NCBI GenBank assembly: GCA_965205865.1
Contig: CBDBHR010000028.1
Location: forward strand, 512,001-576,000
Direction of reading: 5' to 3'
From: a bacterium
GTDB taxonomy: Bacteria > SAR324 > NAC60-12
DNA length: 64,000 nucleotides
Part shown: positions 49,557 to 59,803 of the stretch, one piece after another
How positions within the stretch are numbered: position 1 is the stretch's first letter
Layout: the number at the start of each line of letters is the position of its first letter
Position numbers and translations under genes: made by a program
Notes under the pieces: generated by a model
The model's input: only the letters and a program-made list of their open reading frames with translations
Database searches by the model: none
What the model was told of the DNA's origin: nothing

Positions 49557-50525
49557 TCAACTCGCTTGAAGCAGCAAATCGTTCTGGTCCATCCATATTA
49601 GGTCTTCCATGAGACGAATGAATTGGGATTCCCCCCGGACTTCCATCAAAGTTTGTCGATATTCCTTTGCCCGATAAAATCCTTGCGCATACTCTCCCAG
49701 GTATTTGCGAAATTCTTTGAGTGCAATGGGCTCCGTATTGATTTTTCGCAACAGATAATAATGTTCCAAGGCCAGCGTAATTCGACTGGACAAACAGGGT
49801 TGGGGATATTTTCGACTGTCCTGAAAAACCCATGGGTTACCGATCGCTTTGCGTCCAATCATGAATCCATCCAGATTTCGCATGCGATTCAAACCATCGC
49901 AATAATCCTGCACATCCCCGTTCCCCAGGACCGGGATTCCAAGATGCTCCTTGAGGAGATAGATAGGATCCCAGTTCGCCTTTCCTTTGAATGCTTGCCG
50001 ATATGTACGACCGTGGATAGTGAGCAGGGAAACTCCCGCCATTTCAAGCCGCTTGCCGAATGCAATCAAATTGTCTGCATTTTCCCACCCAAGACGGGTT
50101 TTGACGGAAACATCCAACGTGCAGGCGTTGCGGATGGCTTCGATTAGACGGCAGGCCGTGTCCACATCCTTCATCAATGCGCTTCCATGCTGGGAATGGA
50201 CGATTCGTTTGGAAGGGCAACCCATATTGATGTCGATCCCCATGATTCCACGATCTTCCACAATGCGGGATGCTTCTGCAAAAGAATGTGGATTGTTGCC
50301 AAATAGCTGCACAAAAAAGGGATGTTCTGTCGGATGATAATCCAGACGTCGACGGACAAATTCACTGCGGATCAATCCATCCACGTTGGTGAATTCACTG
50401 AAGAGGAGCACTTGCTTGTTGATTTTGCGTACAATTTGACGGAATGCTGTGTTGGTCACCCCATCCATGGGGGCTAAACAAACGATAGGGCTTTCGAATC
50501 TGGACCAAAACATCATATTCTTCAA
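49557..50525 (-). CDS. tRNA-dihydrouridine synthase (DusB/C-like)
   Basis: LAPMDGVT, IDINMGCP, TIHGRT, GNGDV. Confidence 0.92.
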   Translation of the reverse strand: MKNMMFWSRFESPIVCLAPMDGVTNTAFRQIVRKINKQVLLFSEFTNVDGLIRSEFVRRRLDYHPTEHPFFVQLFGNNPHSFAEASRIVEDRGIMGIDINMGCPSKRIVHSQHGSALMKDVDTACRLIEAIRNACTLDVSVKTRLGWENADNLIAFGKRLEMAGVSLLTIHGRTYRQAFKGKANWDPIYLLKEHLGIPVLGNGDVQDYCDGLNRMRNLDGFMIGRKAIGNPWVFQDSRKYPQPCLSSRITLALEHYYLLRKINTEPIALKEFRKYLGEYAQGFYRAKEYRQTLMEVRGESQFIRLMEDLIWMDQNDLLLQAS

Positions 50526-50706
50526 TGATAATGAGGAAATGAAGTGACAACATCCCCAACTTCACGTCCCTGCATGTGAAAAGGATGCTGTATTTAAACT
50601 AGTAGTTTATGCTAAACTAGCGTAATGCGCTTTTCCTGTCCAGTCGATTATGGAAGACTCATGCATGCCATTCGTCCCCAACAACGATCATTCCAATTGA
50701 GAATCG

Positions 50707-51117
50707 ATGACTGAGCGAAACTATCAAAAACGAAATCAAAACCCAGTCTTATTCTCCCGTCAGTTTTATTCCCCCGTTGCTCAAATAAACAATTCGAATG
50801 AAAAATCATTAGAAGTTGAGAAGTGGCTCGGATTGACTCTGGTTCTATTTCTTTTATCAGGAACATTCATCATTTTGATTGCCTTTCTGGGAGAATATGG
50901 AATTCTGGCATTTCAGGATTTGAAGCAGAGAGAGCAACAGCTCAATGAAAGGATTCAGACCCTTACACAGAAAGAGCAAAAACTCCTTCAGGAAATTGAT
51001 GCTCTGAAAAATAACCTCGATTATATTGAAGCCCTGGCGCGAAAAGATCTGGGACTGATACGAAAGGATGAAGTTATTTATTTCCTGTCCGGCAAATCAT
51101 CTCCCGAAATACCGTGA
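50707..51117 (+). CDS. ftsB: Septum formation initiator (FtsB/DivIC family)
   Basis: TM helix, coiled coil, YIEALARKDLGLIRKDE. Confidence 0.8.
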   Translation: MTERNYQKRNQNPVLFSRQFYSPVAQINNSNEKSLEVEKWLGLTLVLFLLSGTFIILIAFLGEYGILAFQDLKQREQQLNERIQTLTQKEQKLLQEIDALKNNLDYIEALARKDLGLIRKDEVIYFLSGKSSPEIP

Positions 51118-51140
51118 TCCTCTATGTGAGCTGCTGATTC

Positions 51141-51860
51141 ATGAAGTTGGTTGATTTGGTTCAAGGACGTTATCTGAAACGTTATAAACGATTCTTCGTC
51201 GATGTGGAGTTGACTAGCGGAAAGATGGTGACAGCCCATTGCAATAATACAGGGAGCATGAAATCTCTGCTGCACTCCAACAACCCGGTTTGGCTGCAGT
51301 TTCATGAGCACCCGAAACGGAAGCTCAAATATACGCTCCACCTCATGCGGATGCCCACCGGAGCCCTTGTCTGCGTGAACACGCTTTTTCCCAATCAAAT
51401 CGTATTCGAGGCCATAAAAAATCAAAAACTACCAGCATTCCGTCATGCTGAATTCCTGAAAAAAGAAGTCCGTTTTGGTCGAGAAAATTCCAGGGTGGAT
51501 CTTTATCTGGAGAAAGCGGGAAAACCGACTTTTATTGAAATAAAAAATACCACCCTTGCGGAAGACAATCTCCCCGGGGTCGCTCAATTCCCGGATGCCG
51601 TCACTGAGCGAGGACGGAGACACTTGAACGAATTGAGTTACGAAGCGAGCAAAGGGCATCAAGCAGTGATTCTCTATCTGGTCAACCGTACCGATTGCAA
51701 CTCCTTTAGAATTGCGGAACATATCGACCCTCTTTATGCAAACGCCTTGCGGAAAGCCGCGGAGTGCGGAGTGGAAATCCAAATCCATCAAACCCGCATT
51801 GAAATATCTCAGGACCAAGCTATCATTGAAATTGATAGACCCTTGACAATTAAAAAATAG
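51141..51860 (+). CDS. sfsA: DNA/RNA nuclease SfsA
   Basis: RYKRFFVD, AHCNNTGSM, SRVD, IEIK, FPDAVTERG. Confidence 0.93.
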   Translation: MKLVDLVQGRYLKRYKRFFVDVELTSGKMVTAHCNNTGSMKSLLHSNNPVWLQFHEHPKRKLKYTLHLMRMPTGALVCVNTLFPNQIVFEAIKNQKLPAFRHAEFLKKEVRFGRENSRVDLYLEKAGKPTFIEIKNTTLAEDNLPGVAQFPDAVTERGRRHLNELSYEASKGHQAVILYLVNRTDCNSFRIAEHIDPLYANALRKAAECGVEIQIHQTRIEISQDQAIIEIDRPLTIKK

Positions 51861-51869
51861 GTCAAGAGA

Positions 51870-52103
51870 GCCGATCATTAGCCACACATTACTTGGGGGA
51901 ATATTCAAAACTACAAGAATATAATCGGGCATGGTATGCCCTTCTGCCGGATCAAGCCCCTTGCGTTTACAAAAATTACGCAAGATGGGATCCATCTGTT
52001 GGCGTTTGGCTCCATTAAATTGTTTTGCCCGATTTTTCGGAACAAACACAATATGATACTTGCGTATCCATTCAAACTGGGATAGTATTTAATACTCTCA
52101 CAT
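51870..52103 (-). pseudogene. IS200/IS605 TnpA remnant
   Basis: M*EY*ILS...W.RKYHIVFVPK...EGHTMPDYIL...NIPP; in-frame stops, HUH motif lost, truncated. Confidence 0.8.
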
Positions 52104-52272
52104 AGAATACTCTATGAGAGCTAACTCCTGAATTAGCAGTCTGTGGGGATTAATATCAGGCTGATTGGATGATCAATTATGGCAATTTCATTTCATAGGT
52201 CAAAAGCGTGTGATCAAAGTGTTACGACAACATTGATACAACTTTTGCCTCTGCAATATCTATAAAATCAAC

Positions 52273-54438
52273 ATGTCAAAGATTCATATACCTGTCTGGT
52301 TGAAACAAAGACCGATATTTCAAAATGATATATCTGAATTGCGACAAATGTTCTCAGAGACGGACAATCAGCAATTTGGCAATATCACTTCCCAATTCCT
52401 GAAGGAATGTTATCGACGGTTGCCAGCCAGGTCCTTTTATAAACTGGTAAGGGTCCTAGGCTTTTATGGAGTCCAATTTAGTGGGAAACTTGCTCCTTAT
52501 AGTATTCACCTGGAACCTTTGCCCCTTCTTATAAATATTCCCCAACGCTACTGGGAAGAACCATGTCCATCTTTTGATTCCTCTCTTTCCTCTTATTTTC
52601 TCTCATTAGGCATTCATCAGCTCAAGCAATTGCATGGTATTCCAAGGGTTAGTCTCAATCATGCTACCAAATTTTGGGGAAATTTGCATCACAGACAAAA
52701 AATTTCTCCTGAAATTGCATCAAGATGGTTTCATGCTTCATTCACCAAAGCTCATAAAGATTTTTTTAAGCGCAATACTCAAACAGATGTTTATGCGGCA
52801 AAAGAAAATTCAGTAAAAATAATCCTGGAAAATAAGGCAGTCAAACAAGTTTTGTTGCAACCGATTGACATACTAAACCTGTCAGAACGTTCTGGTAATT
52901 GTCTAAAATCCGTTGATATCCACACAATAGGAGAGTTGATTCAAAAAAATGAGAAGGAATTGCTTAAAATATGGAGCTTTGGAAGAAAATCTCTTCGTGA
53001 AATAAATCAAAAGCTATCCGGTTTCGGACTTCATTTAGGTATGAATAATGCCCCTCCGGATATTATAAAACCAATAATCGGAGTAGATTTAGTTTCAGAA
53101 GAAACCCTCTCTAAATTGAACACCTTATTATCTGATATAAAACTTACAGTAAGGAGTAAGAACGCTTTAGAATTACGTGGTATGAAATACATTTGGGAGC
53201 TGATTATCTTAAAGGAATCTGCTTTGAAACAAACAAAAAATATAGGAAGGAAATCCATTGATGAGTTTAAAAAGATTGTTGCGGATATAGGCTTCCAATT
53301 AGGAATGCAATTCACTCCGGATCAAATCGAAACGATTCAAAAATATCAAATAGATACACCGGAATTTTCCGGTAAATGGTTTGTTCATATAGTGCAAGAC
53401 CCGCTCTTGCTTCATCTGGACTTTCTCAACAAAAACAAGAAAATTATTGTTCACGAGAGAGTATGGAAACGTGAAAAAAAATACAAATTGATAGATATTG
53501 CGCAAAAATTGAATATAAGTCGTGAACGTGCTCGTCAAATTGAAAGCCAAGCTCTCAAGGAAATCAAACAACAATTTCAAAAAGAATTGAGAGATGCTAC
53601 GGCTGATATACGGGAGCAAGTTGAGGCATTGGGAGGAATCGCCAATCTGGAGGATCTCAAATTTCAAATAGATTTCTCTGTACAGGAACAAATCATCATG
53701 GATAGTTTGCTGTCATTGCAGGATGAACCAGTTTATATTGACTGGGAATGCAGATTGATTTGCAACAAAGGCAACTCTTGGATTGTCTCTCTGTGTAGTG
53801 ACATAAAAAAACTGTTGCAAAAAAATATTTCCCAAAGTGTTTTCTTTACTCTGCAGGAAGTTGAAAATGCTGTTGAACAAATTAGCAGTCAATATAAAAT
53901 ATTCCGAAACAGCCACATTCAGAATTTAGTCCGGCGATTTCTTCATGAAGAAGAAATATCTGAAGTTGGAAGATATTTACATTTTGGACGCACAACTAAA
54001 CGAGATAAATTGGCATTTGCTTTCAAAGAACTATTCCCTCAAGGATTGGAAATTTACAAGCAACGAGAATTGCTCTTGAAGAGGATTATAGAATTTGATC
54101 CTCAAACTTACCGGAATATGAAAATGCAGAGGATTGAGATCTTATTGACCGCTCATTCGGACATCATGCTTTGGGGAAAAAGATTTATGATTCATAAAGA
54201 ACATCTTTCATTTGATATCGATATTGCTAAACATGTTACTGCCTGGATCAAGCAACGATTCGAACAGGGATATTCCCAATTTCGGGTTCATTTACCCTAC
54301 AATCAATTTAAAACTCAATTACAACAAAATGGCATTCCCAATCCTTATGCGCTTTACACCGTTTTGAGAAATATCCAGGATGAACGAATTGGACAAAAAA
54401 GATTTCCAACAATTGTTGATTTGGATGCAGACGTCTAA
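52273..54438 (+). CDS. Protein with two RNA polymerase alpha-CTD domains and a sigma70 region-4 HTH; probably 3'-truncated
   Basis: [12 protein letters not shown]...GRKSLREI...[15 protein letters not shown]...NIGRKSIDE...[29 protein letters not shown]; low GC; coding-like sequence continues past the stop. Confidence 0.8.
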   Translation: MSKIHIPVWLKQRPIFQNDISELRQMFSETDNQQFGNITSQFLKECYRRLPARSFYKLVRVLGFYGVQFSGKLAPYSIHLEPLPLLINIPQRYWEEPCPSFDSSLSSYFLSLGIHQLKQLHGIPRVSLNHATKFWGNLHHRQKISPEIASRWFHASFTKAHKDFFKRNTQTDVYAAKENSVKIILENKAVKQVLLQPIDILNLSERSGNCLKSVDIHTIGELIQKNEKELLKIWSFGRKSLREINQKLSGFGLHLGMNNAPPDIIKPIIGVDLVSEETLSKLNTLLSDIKLTVRSKNALELRGMKYIWELIILKESALKQTKNIGRKSIDEFKKIVADIGFQLGMQFTPDQIETIQKYQIDTPEFSGKWFVHIVQDPLLLHLDFLNKNKKIIVHERVWKREKKYKLIDIAQKLNISRERARQIESQALKEIKQQFQKELRDATADIREQVEALGGIANLEDLKFQIDFSVQEQIIMDSLLSLQDEPVYIDWECRLICNKGNSWIVSLCSDIKKLLQKNISQSVFFTLQEVENAVEQISSQYKIFRNSHIQNLVRRFLHEEEISEVGRYLHFGRTTKRDKLAFAFKELFPQGLEIYKQRELLLKRIIEFDPQTYRNMKMQRIEILLTAHSDIMLWGKRFMIHKEHLSFDIDIAKHVTAWIKQRFEQGYSQFRVHLPYNQFKTQLQQNGIPNPYALYTVLRNIQDERIGQKRFPTIVDLDADV

Positions 54439-54667
54439 CTGAAAGAATGCGCCTCAGAAGAACTCGAAAACTATTTTTGAGAAAAATGACACTGTTCCAA
54501 ATGAAGTTCTAAAAAGAGAATTTCTCACGAAGAAAGGATGGAAAGAATATCATTTGCAACAAAATTTAAATCGTTCTGAAAAAGCTTCTTTTCAAAAACT
54601 ACACGCCATCAATGCTTCTCTTGCTTTATAAATCCATCTTGAGCAAGTTGTCTGCCCGTAACATCAG

Positions 54668-54899
54668 CTAATTTACACTATCAATTTGTTCACGAAATGC
54701 TGCTTCGCTAAATCGGAGAGCAAGCGAATCCCGAGAGATTCCCAAACCGAAATTGATAACCGCCGAAACAACCCATTCTCCGTCTAGCAGTATTATTCCA
54801 GTTGCTCTGGCCCGAAATTCTTCGTTACCACTGAAACGACCTGTTGTCACCAACATGCCAATCGACCCTTTTCGCTCTCCTTTAGAAGCATTTGAGTCA
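54668..54899 (-). pseudogene. C-terminal fragment of an Mrr-like restriction endonuclease, interrupted by MITE B
   Basis: GMLVTTGRFS...ARATGIILLDGE...FGLGI matches the Mrr C-terminal pattern. Confidence 0.6.
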
Positions 54900-54905
54900 T
54901 AAGTA

Positions 54906-55137
54906 ACCTGAGTTCGACATAAATCTTCAATAATATGAGTATCCTAGTGTATATGTCATCCTCGCGAAACTTGTCCTCGCGAAAGCGGGGAGCGGGGATC
55001 CGGATTTCAGTCTGGCTGTATACCTCCGGATTCCTTCCCTGCGTACGCAGGGATCTCGCAGGAATGACAAGGTTTCTCTAAGATATGAAGATTCCATAAC
55101 ATATTGAATTTATTAAATTCTTATCTCGAACTCAGGT
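54906..55137. mobile_element. MITE family B, copy 2 (232 bp)
   Basis: Same TIR as 330-545; TAAGTA duplicated at 54900-54905 and 55138-55143. Confidence 0.9.
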
Positions 55138-55735
55138 TAAGTAGTCATCCTCTGGAGTGTTGGTGCCTGTTCTCAGCAAAATTCACCCTGTGAAGTGTTG
55201 GGATTTTGCAAATAGATGGTGTTTTCCGGTGCGTTTCCCCCGGTTTTCAGGGTAACAACACTCAAGAGGGAGACTATCAGTTTTTTTGAAGTGACAAAAA
55301 AGTTATATTATCCAGTCAGGACAAAATTTCCCAATTCACTTTGCTCTCTCTTGCCTTACCCGGTGACGAGAGGATCGATCAGCGTCAACAAAGGCAGATT
55401 GGATTTTGACATGCCGGAGCAAACGATTGACAAGGAAAAATTGATTGTAGCATTGAACCGCTTGATTTCGGAAAACCATTGTGTGGAAACTCAATGGAAC
55501 CACGAACCAGAACTGTAAGCCATTCAAAACTTGGAGGTGGCACCATGTCCGCGCAACCGCCAAGAGGGCAAGGAAGAGTTCGTCTGGTCCATGTCAAGGG
55601 GTTAGATTTGCAATCCTGCGGATGCGCCTAACTTTCCAGAGCCGGCGAAATCGGCAAGTTTCTTCTCAGAAAAATAGAAAAGAAAGGGAAACAGAATCGT
55701 CGGGTAACAATTGTCTTTGATGAAAGACTGATCCT

Positions 55736-56572
55736 TCAAGAATAGTTTCCGGCTATCTCAGCACAGCGCTGCAACAATGGCAAAACAGAGTCCGCCGGTT
55801 CGGGCGGTAAAGGGAAAAGCAGGCGATCCACTCCCAGTGCCACGTACTTTTCCACTACTTCAGCTTTTGCCGGAATCCCAAATACAGTCACCGGGATTGG
55901 TTCCCTGCCTGCTTCTTCGGTCAGTTGCTTTAATTCTAAAATGCGGTCCTTGAGATCTTCGCTTCGTCCAATGGGCATCCATTCGTCTCCATAACGCAAA
56001 ACCCGCTTGAGCGTGTTGGCGCCATTGCCTCCCACAATAATGGGAGGATGTGGTTTTTGCGCAGGTTTCGGCCAAGACCAGATGGAATCGAAATTGACGA
56101 ATTCGCCGTGGTATTCTGCTTCGTCCTCGGTCCAAATTGCTTTCATGGCTTCAATCCGTTCTCGCAGCACTTTCCAGCGACGGGTTGGGTCGGTGCCATG
56201 ATTTTCCATCTCCTCGAGGTTCCATCCCCCACCAATTCCAAAGAGCACACGCCCATTGGAGAGAAAATCAAGACTGGCGACTTCTTTGGCCAGGACAATG
56301 GGATCCCGTTCGATGACCAGACAAATTCCGGTGCCCAGTTTGATGTCTTTGGTGGCGGCCGCCACAGCTCCAAGTGCGACAAAAGGATCGTGGGTATGTG
56401 AGTACTCCCGGGGGAGTTCTGCGCCTCCAGGCCAGGGACTGAGCCGACTCGTCGGAATATGGGTGTGCTCTGGGAAAAAAATCGATTCAAACCCGTGGGC
56501 TTCGGCCGCCTTTCCCAGTTCAACCGGTTGGATGGCATAATCGGTTGGAAACATGCAAATACCAAACTTCAT
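55736..56572 (-). CDS. LLM-class, probably F420-dependent oxidoreductase
   Basis: PEHTHIP, DPFVAL, IKLGTGICLV, GIGGGWN, PKPAQKPHPPI; RBS AGGAG before 56572. Confidence 0.88.
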   Translation of the reverse strand: MKFGICMFPTDYAIQPVELGKAAEAHGFESIFFPEHTHIPTSRLSPWPGGAELPREYSHTHDPFVALGAVAAATKDIKLGTGICLVIERDPIVLAKEVASLDFLSNGRVLFGIGGGWNLEEMENHGTDPTRRWKVLRERIEAMKAIWTEDEAEYHGEFVNFDSIWSWPKPAQKPHPPIIVGGNGANTLKRVLRYGDEWMPIGRSEDLKDRILELKQLTEEAGREPIPVTVFGIPAKAEVVEKYVALGVDRLLFPLPPEPADSVLPLLQRCAEIAGNYS

Positions 56573-56882
56573 AAATATCTCCTGTAATGTAACGAAAAAT
56601 TTGAGAGTCGATTCAACAAAAAGGTTGTTTTCTTGTGACAAAAACAACTGCTTACCCCTGTGAAATAGATCACTCTTGCAAGATTCGCAACCTTTTTCTA
56701 TAGTACTGCAAATAATCATTTCAGAAAGTTCGCGTGGGCGGGATGCTCCCTCTACTCATCCAATTATCTGAAAGTCGATAGAAACTTTTATGCATATCTG
56801 GTTACCATGCAGGAAAAAATCATTTGCACGATCAGTGGATTGAAATGTACGGGAATGAATCGTGATGATTTCATGTCAATAA

Positions 56883-57040
56883 GGAATGAAATTTAAATAA
56901 GTTAGAAGTATGGATACGCAAAATTAGGGTACACGTAACAGCAGGCATAAAACAGTAGAGTTGGGATGCGAAGCGGTGTACATGTCCCCCAATTTTGCTC
57001 ACACCATTGGAAGAATTACAGGTTATTTAAGGTTTGTTCC
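56883..57040 (+). mobile_element. MITE family A, copy 5 (158 bp)
   Basis: Same sequence as copy 1; TAA duplicated at 56880-56882 and 57041-57043. Confidence 0.93.
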
Positions 57041-57070
57041 TAAACATAAACAGAAAGGAAAGGTTTAGAA

Positions 57071-57793
57071 ATGCCAGTATTCAATCGCGACGATATTCAA
57101 ATTTATTTTGAAGATAATGGATCCGGATTCCCGATTTTGTTCATTGCCCCTGGAGGGATGCGCTCCTCCATACCCATGTGGAAAGGGCAAGCCTGGAATC
57201 TCATCGAGCAACTCTCATCCAGCTACCGTGTAATTGCAATGGATCAACGCAACGCGGGTCAATCCAGTGCCCCTATTCGAGCAAGTGATGGCTGGCACGT
57301 ATACAAGGAAGATCAACTCGCCTTGCTGGATCATCTTGGAGTGGATCGTTTTCATATCGTGGGAATGTGCATCGGTGGCCCATACGGCATGGGGCTCATC
57401 CAAGCAGTTCCGCAAAGAGTGGCATCCTTCGTTATTTTTCAGTCCATTGGGCTGTTCAACAACCGCGATGTATTTTTTGGACTGTTCGACAGTTGGGCGG
57501 ATGAACTGAAACCCAGCCGTCCTGAAGTATGCGGAGAAATTTGGGCTGCTTTCAAAAAATCGATGTTTCAAGGTGAATTTCTTTTCAACGTCTCCCGTGA
57601 GTTTGTCTCACAGTGCGAAACCCCCATGCTGGTCCTGCAGGGCAACGACCAATTCCATCCTGCGGAAATATCAAAAGAAATTGTATCCCTGGCGCCGAAT
57701 GCGACCCTTGTCGAATTTTGGCAAGAACCCAAACATCTACCAGATGCCAAGCAGGAAGTGGAGCGATTTCTTGCAACATGGAGTAAAGAATAA
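57071..57793 (+). CDS. Alpha/beta hydrolase (Cys at the nucleophile elbow)
   Basis: VIAMDQRNAG, GMCIGG, GNDQFHP. Confidence 0.85.
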   Translation: MPVFNRDDIQIYFEDNGSGFPILFIAPGGMRSSIPMWKGQAWNLIEQLSSSYRVIAMDQRNAGQSSAPIRASDGWHVYKEDQLALLDHLGVDRFHIVGMCIGGPYGMGLIQAVPQRVASFVIFQSIGLFNNRDVFFGLFDSWADELKPSRPEVCGEIWAAFKKSMFQGEFLFNVSREFVSQCETPMLVLQGNDQFHPAEISKEIVSLAPNATLVEFWQEPKHLPDAKQEVERFLATWSKE

Positions 57794-57899
57794 CGGGCAA
57801 GGATATCGAGTTTCATGATAGTGTCGTCTGCCACTATCGTCGGCACTAACTCGGTAAATAGGCTTCGTGGAATTTTTCCTTCACGATCCCTTTCGAAAT

Positions 57900-58331
57900 C
57901 CATTCATAAATCTGCTCGCGCGAGTACCCGAGTTGCATCAGCTGCGCGCATCCATGCTTGCGTAGCGCAATGAATGCTAAAGGGCGCACCGGCGTCGTTC
58001 ATCAACTCGATCCAATGCGTGGCTGGTTTTTCAACGATTCATCACACCAATTCTGAAATTCTCAATCACAACATCGGCAAACTGAATCAACCGCCCGGCA
58101 CTTTTCAAACCCTCCGATGTCTTCAAATCAAATTGGAGTGTTTTCTTACCCCTGCTTGAACACTGCGTTGACCGGTCCGTGATTGTCGGGCTTGTTCGGT
58201 CGATCGTTTTTTATCATCTCAGCTCCCTGGTCTGCCAACAACATGCCAGTCAATGGTCCGGCAATATAGCGCCCAAAATCTATAACTCGAATCCCAGCTA
58301 GGGGAGTTCGTGCATCCGATGACGTATCCAT
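57900..58331 (-). pseudogene. Decayed CaiB/BaiF CoA-transferase, homolog of 22967-25567
   Basis: Fragments [44 protein letters not shown] and PATHWIELM...PFSIH..TQAW in shifting frames. Confidence 0.8.
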
Positions 58332-58425
58332 TATGAAAGACCTTTCAAAGAATGTGGAAAATTGAAGGAGTTTGTCTTTCCAAGGAGTCGAAAAGGAAAC
58401 GTTCGTGCTAGTTTGCTCATTTTGC

Positions 58426-59670
58426 TCAGTAGACTTCGACAGATCGTTGTCTGGCGGAATAGACAAGAGGCACAACGATTAAAATCATGAAAATAGTGAC
58501 TATTCCGATGATAGGAACACCTACGAGTCGTTCATTTTTAATCGTGAGCAGAGGCGTAGCCCAGAGGCCTCCTACTCCCATGGAAAGATTGGCAACGATC
58601 ATGCTCATCGACATCAACCGTCCTCTCTTGTATATGGGGACTGATTCGGTTAGCATCAAATAGAGAATCAAATAGTTGAAACGCGGGCATTCTCATCGAA
58701 CCGCCTAACATCATGCCTGCCATAAATAATCCTGCCAGAATCGCGGGAAAAGGAATATTGGTAAAAAAGAATAAGACAATTCCCATGATCATCGATCCCA
58801 TAATGACAACATTCGATTCGATTTTGAAAAAAACCTCAACATAAGTCCGGATAGTTGATTGCCAATCACGCCCCCAATTCCCCCTTGCATATAGCAAAGA
58901 CCAACCTGGGTTGCACTCATTCCCATATTCATTGTAAGCCAAATCCCCATATTGGGGATCAAACCAAAAAGTCCTACTAACATAAAGAACTGAGCAAGAA
59001 AAAGTTTCCGCGGTACTTTCAAGTTCCACAATTGAAACAGTTCGAGATACTGGATAATAATTTTATCCGGTTTGATCCCGGTCTCGGCAGGTCTCATCTT
59101 GGTTATACCAAAGATGCAAAAAATCGTAGCAAATGCGACGATATAAAAAGGAGCTTGCCAGGAGAAATAATCTCCAGTCCAGGCGCCAAAAGGAACGCCA
59201 AGAATAGAGGAGGTCGCAAAACCGAGCATGACGGTCGTCATGGCTTTGGTCCGTTGCTCTCCCTGAAAAAGGTCTCCCGTGAAGGCGAGGATATTGGGCA
59301 TGATAGGGCCGCCAAAGAGAGCAGAGACAATTCGAAAAGTAAAAATCGTCAAAACATTGTATGAAAGCGCACAACCTAAGGTGGCAAGGCAGAATCCGCA
59401 GGAGAGAATGATCAACATCTTTTTTCGACCCCACCGATCTGAAAAAGGGGCTGTCACCAATGCGGAAATCGCAGCCACCAAAGGATAGACGGCAATTAAA
59501 TAACCACTTCTCTCCGGAGCCAGCCCAACGGCTTCAGAAATGCTGGCACCCAGTGGAACCATCATGAGATGGTCCATAAAAACAAAGAAAAATAATAAAA
59601 AAAGTGGAAGAACTTGAAAAAACACGTTGCCGTGTCTGTCAGGATAATCGGGTTGGGGGGAATTTGTCAT
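58426..59670 (-). pseudogene. MFS transporter split over three frames
   Basis: SDRWGRK motif and TM pattern; frameshifts at a 5-bp duplication (58811-58820) and a CTATTTGAT duplication (about 58655-58675). Confidence 0.8.
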
Positions 59671-59803
59671 AAAATATCTAAATTAGTTTTTAAAATCTAT
59701 CTATCCGACTTGCCAATGCATGAAAACAATCCACTTTCCTGCAAATCGTTTTTTCACGTCATCACGTCGTATCTCCACAACTTTCCGGACCGCATCGATT
59801 TTT

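Noticed and set aside
51429-52049. 206-aa minus-strand ORF as an intact gene
   Set aside because: Only the first ~55 codons are IS200 tnpA-derived; the rest is antisense read-through into sfsA.
52273-54438. Annotation as rpoA or a sigma factor
   Set aside because: It lacks the alpha N-terminal domain and sigma region 2; only the CTD and region-4 modules are present.
55216-55720. Short ORFs between MITE B and the LLM gene
   Set aside because: No recognisable family; possibly gene debris, but not supportable from the sequence.
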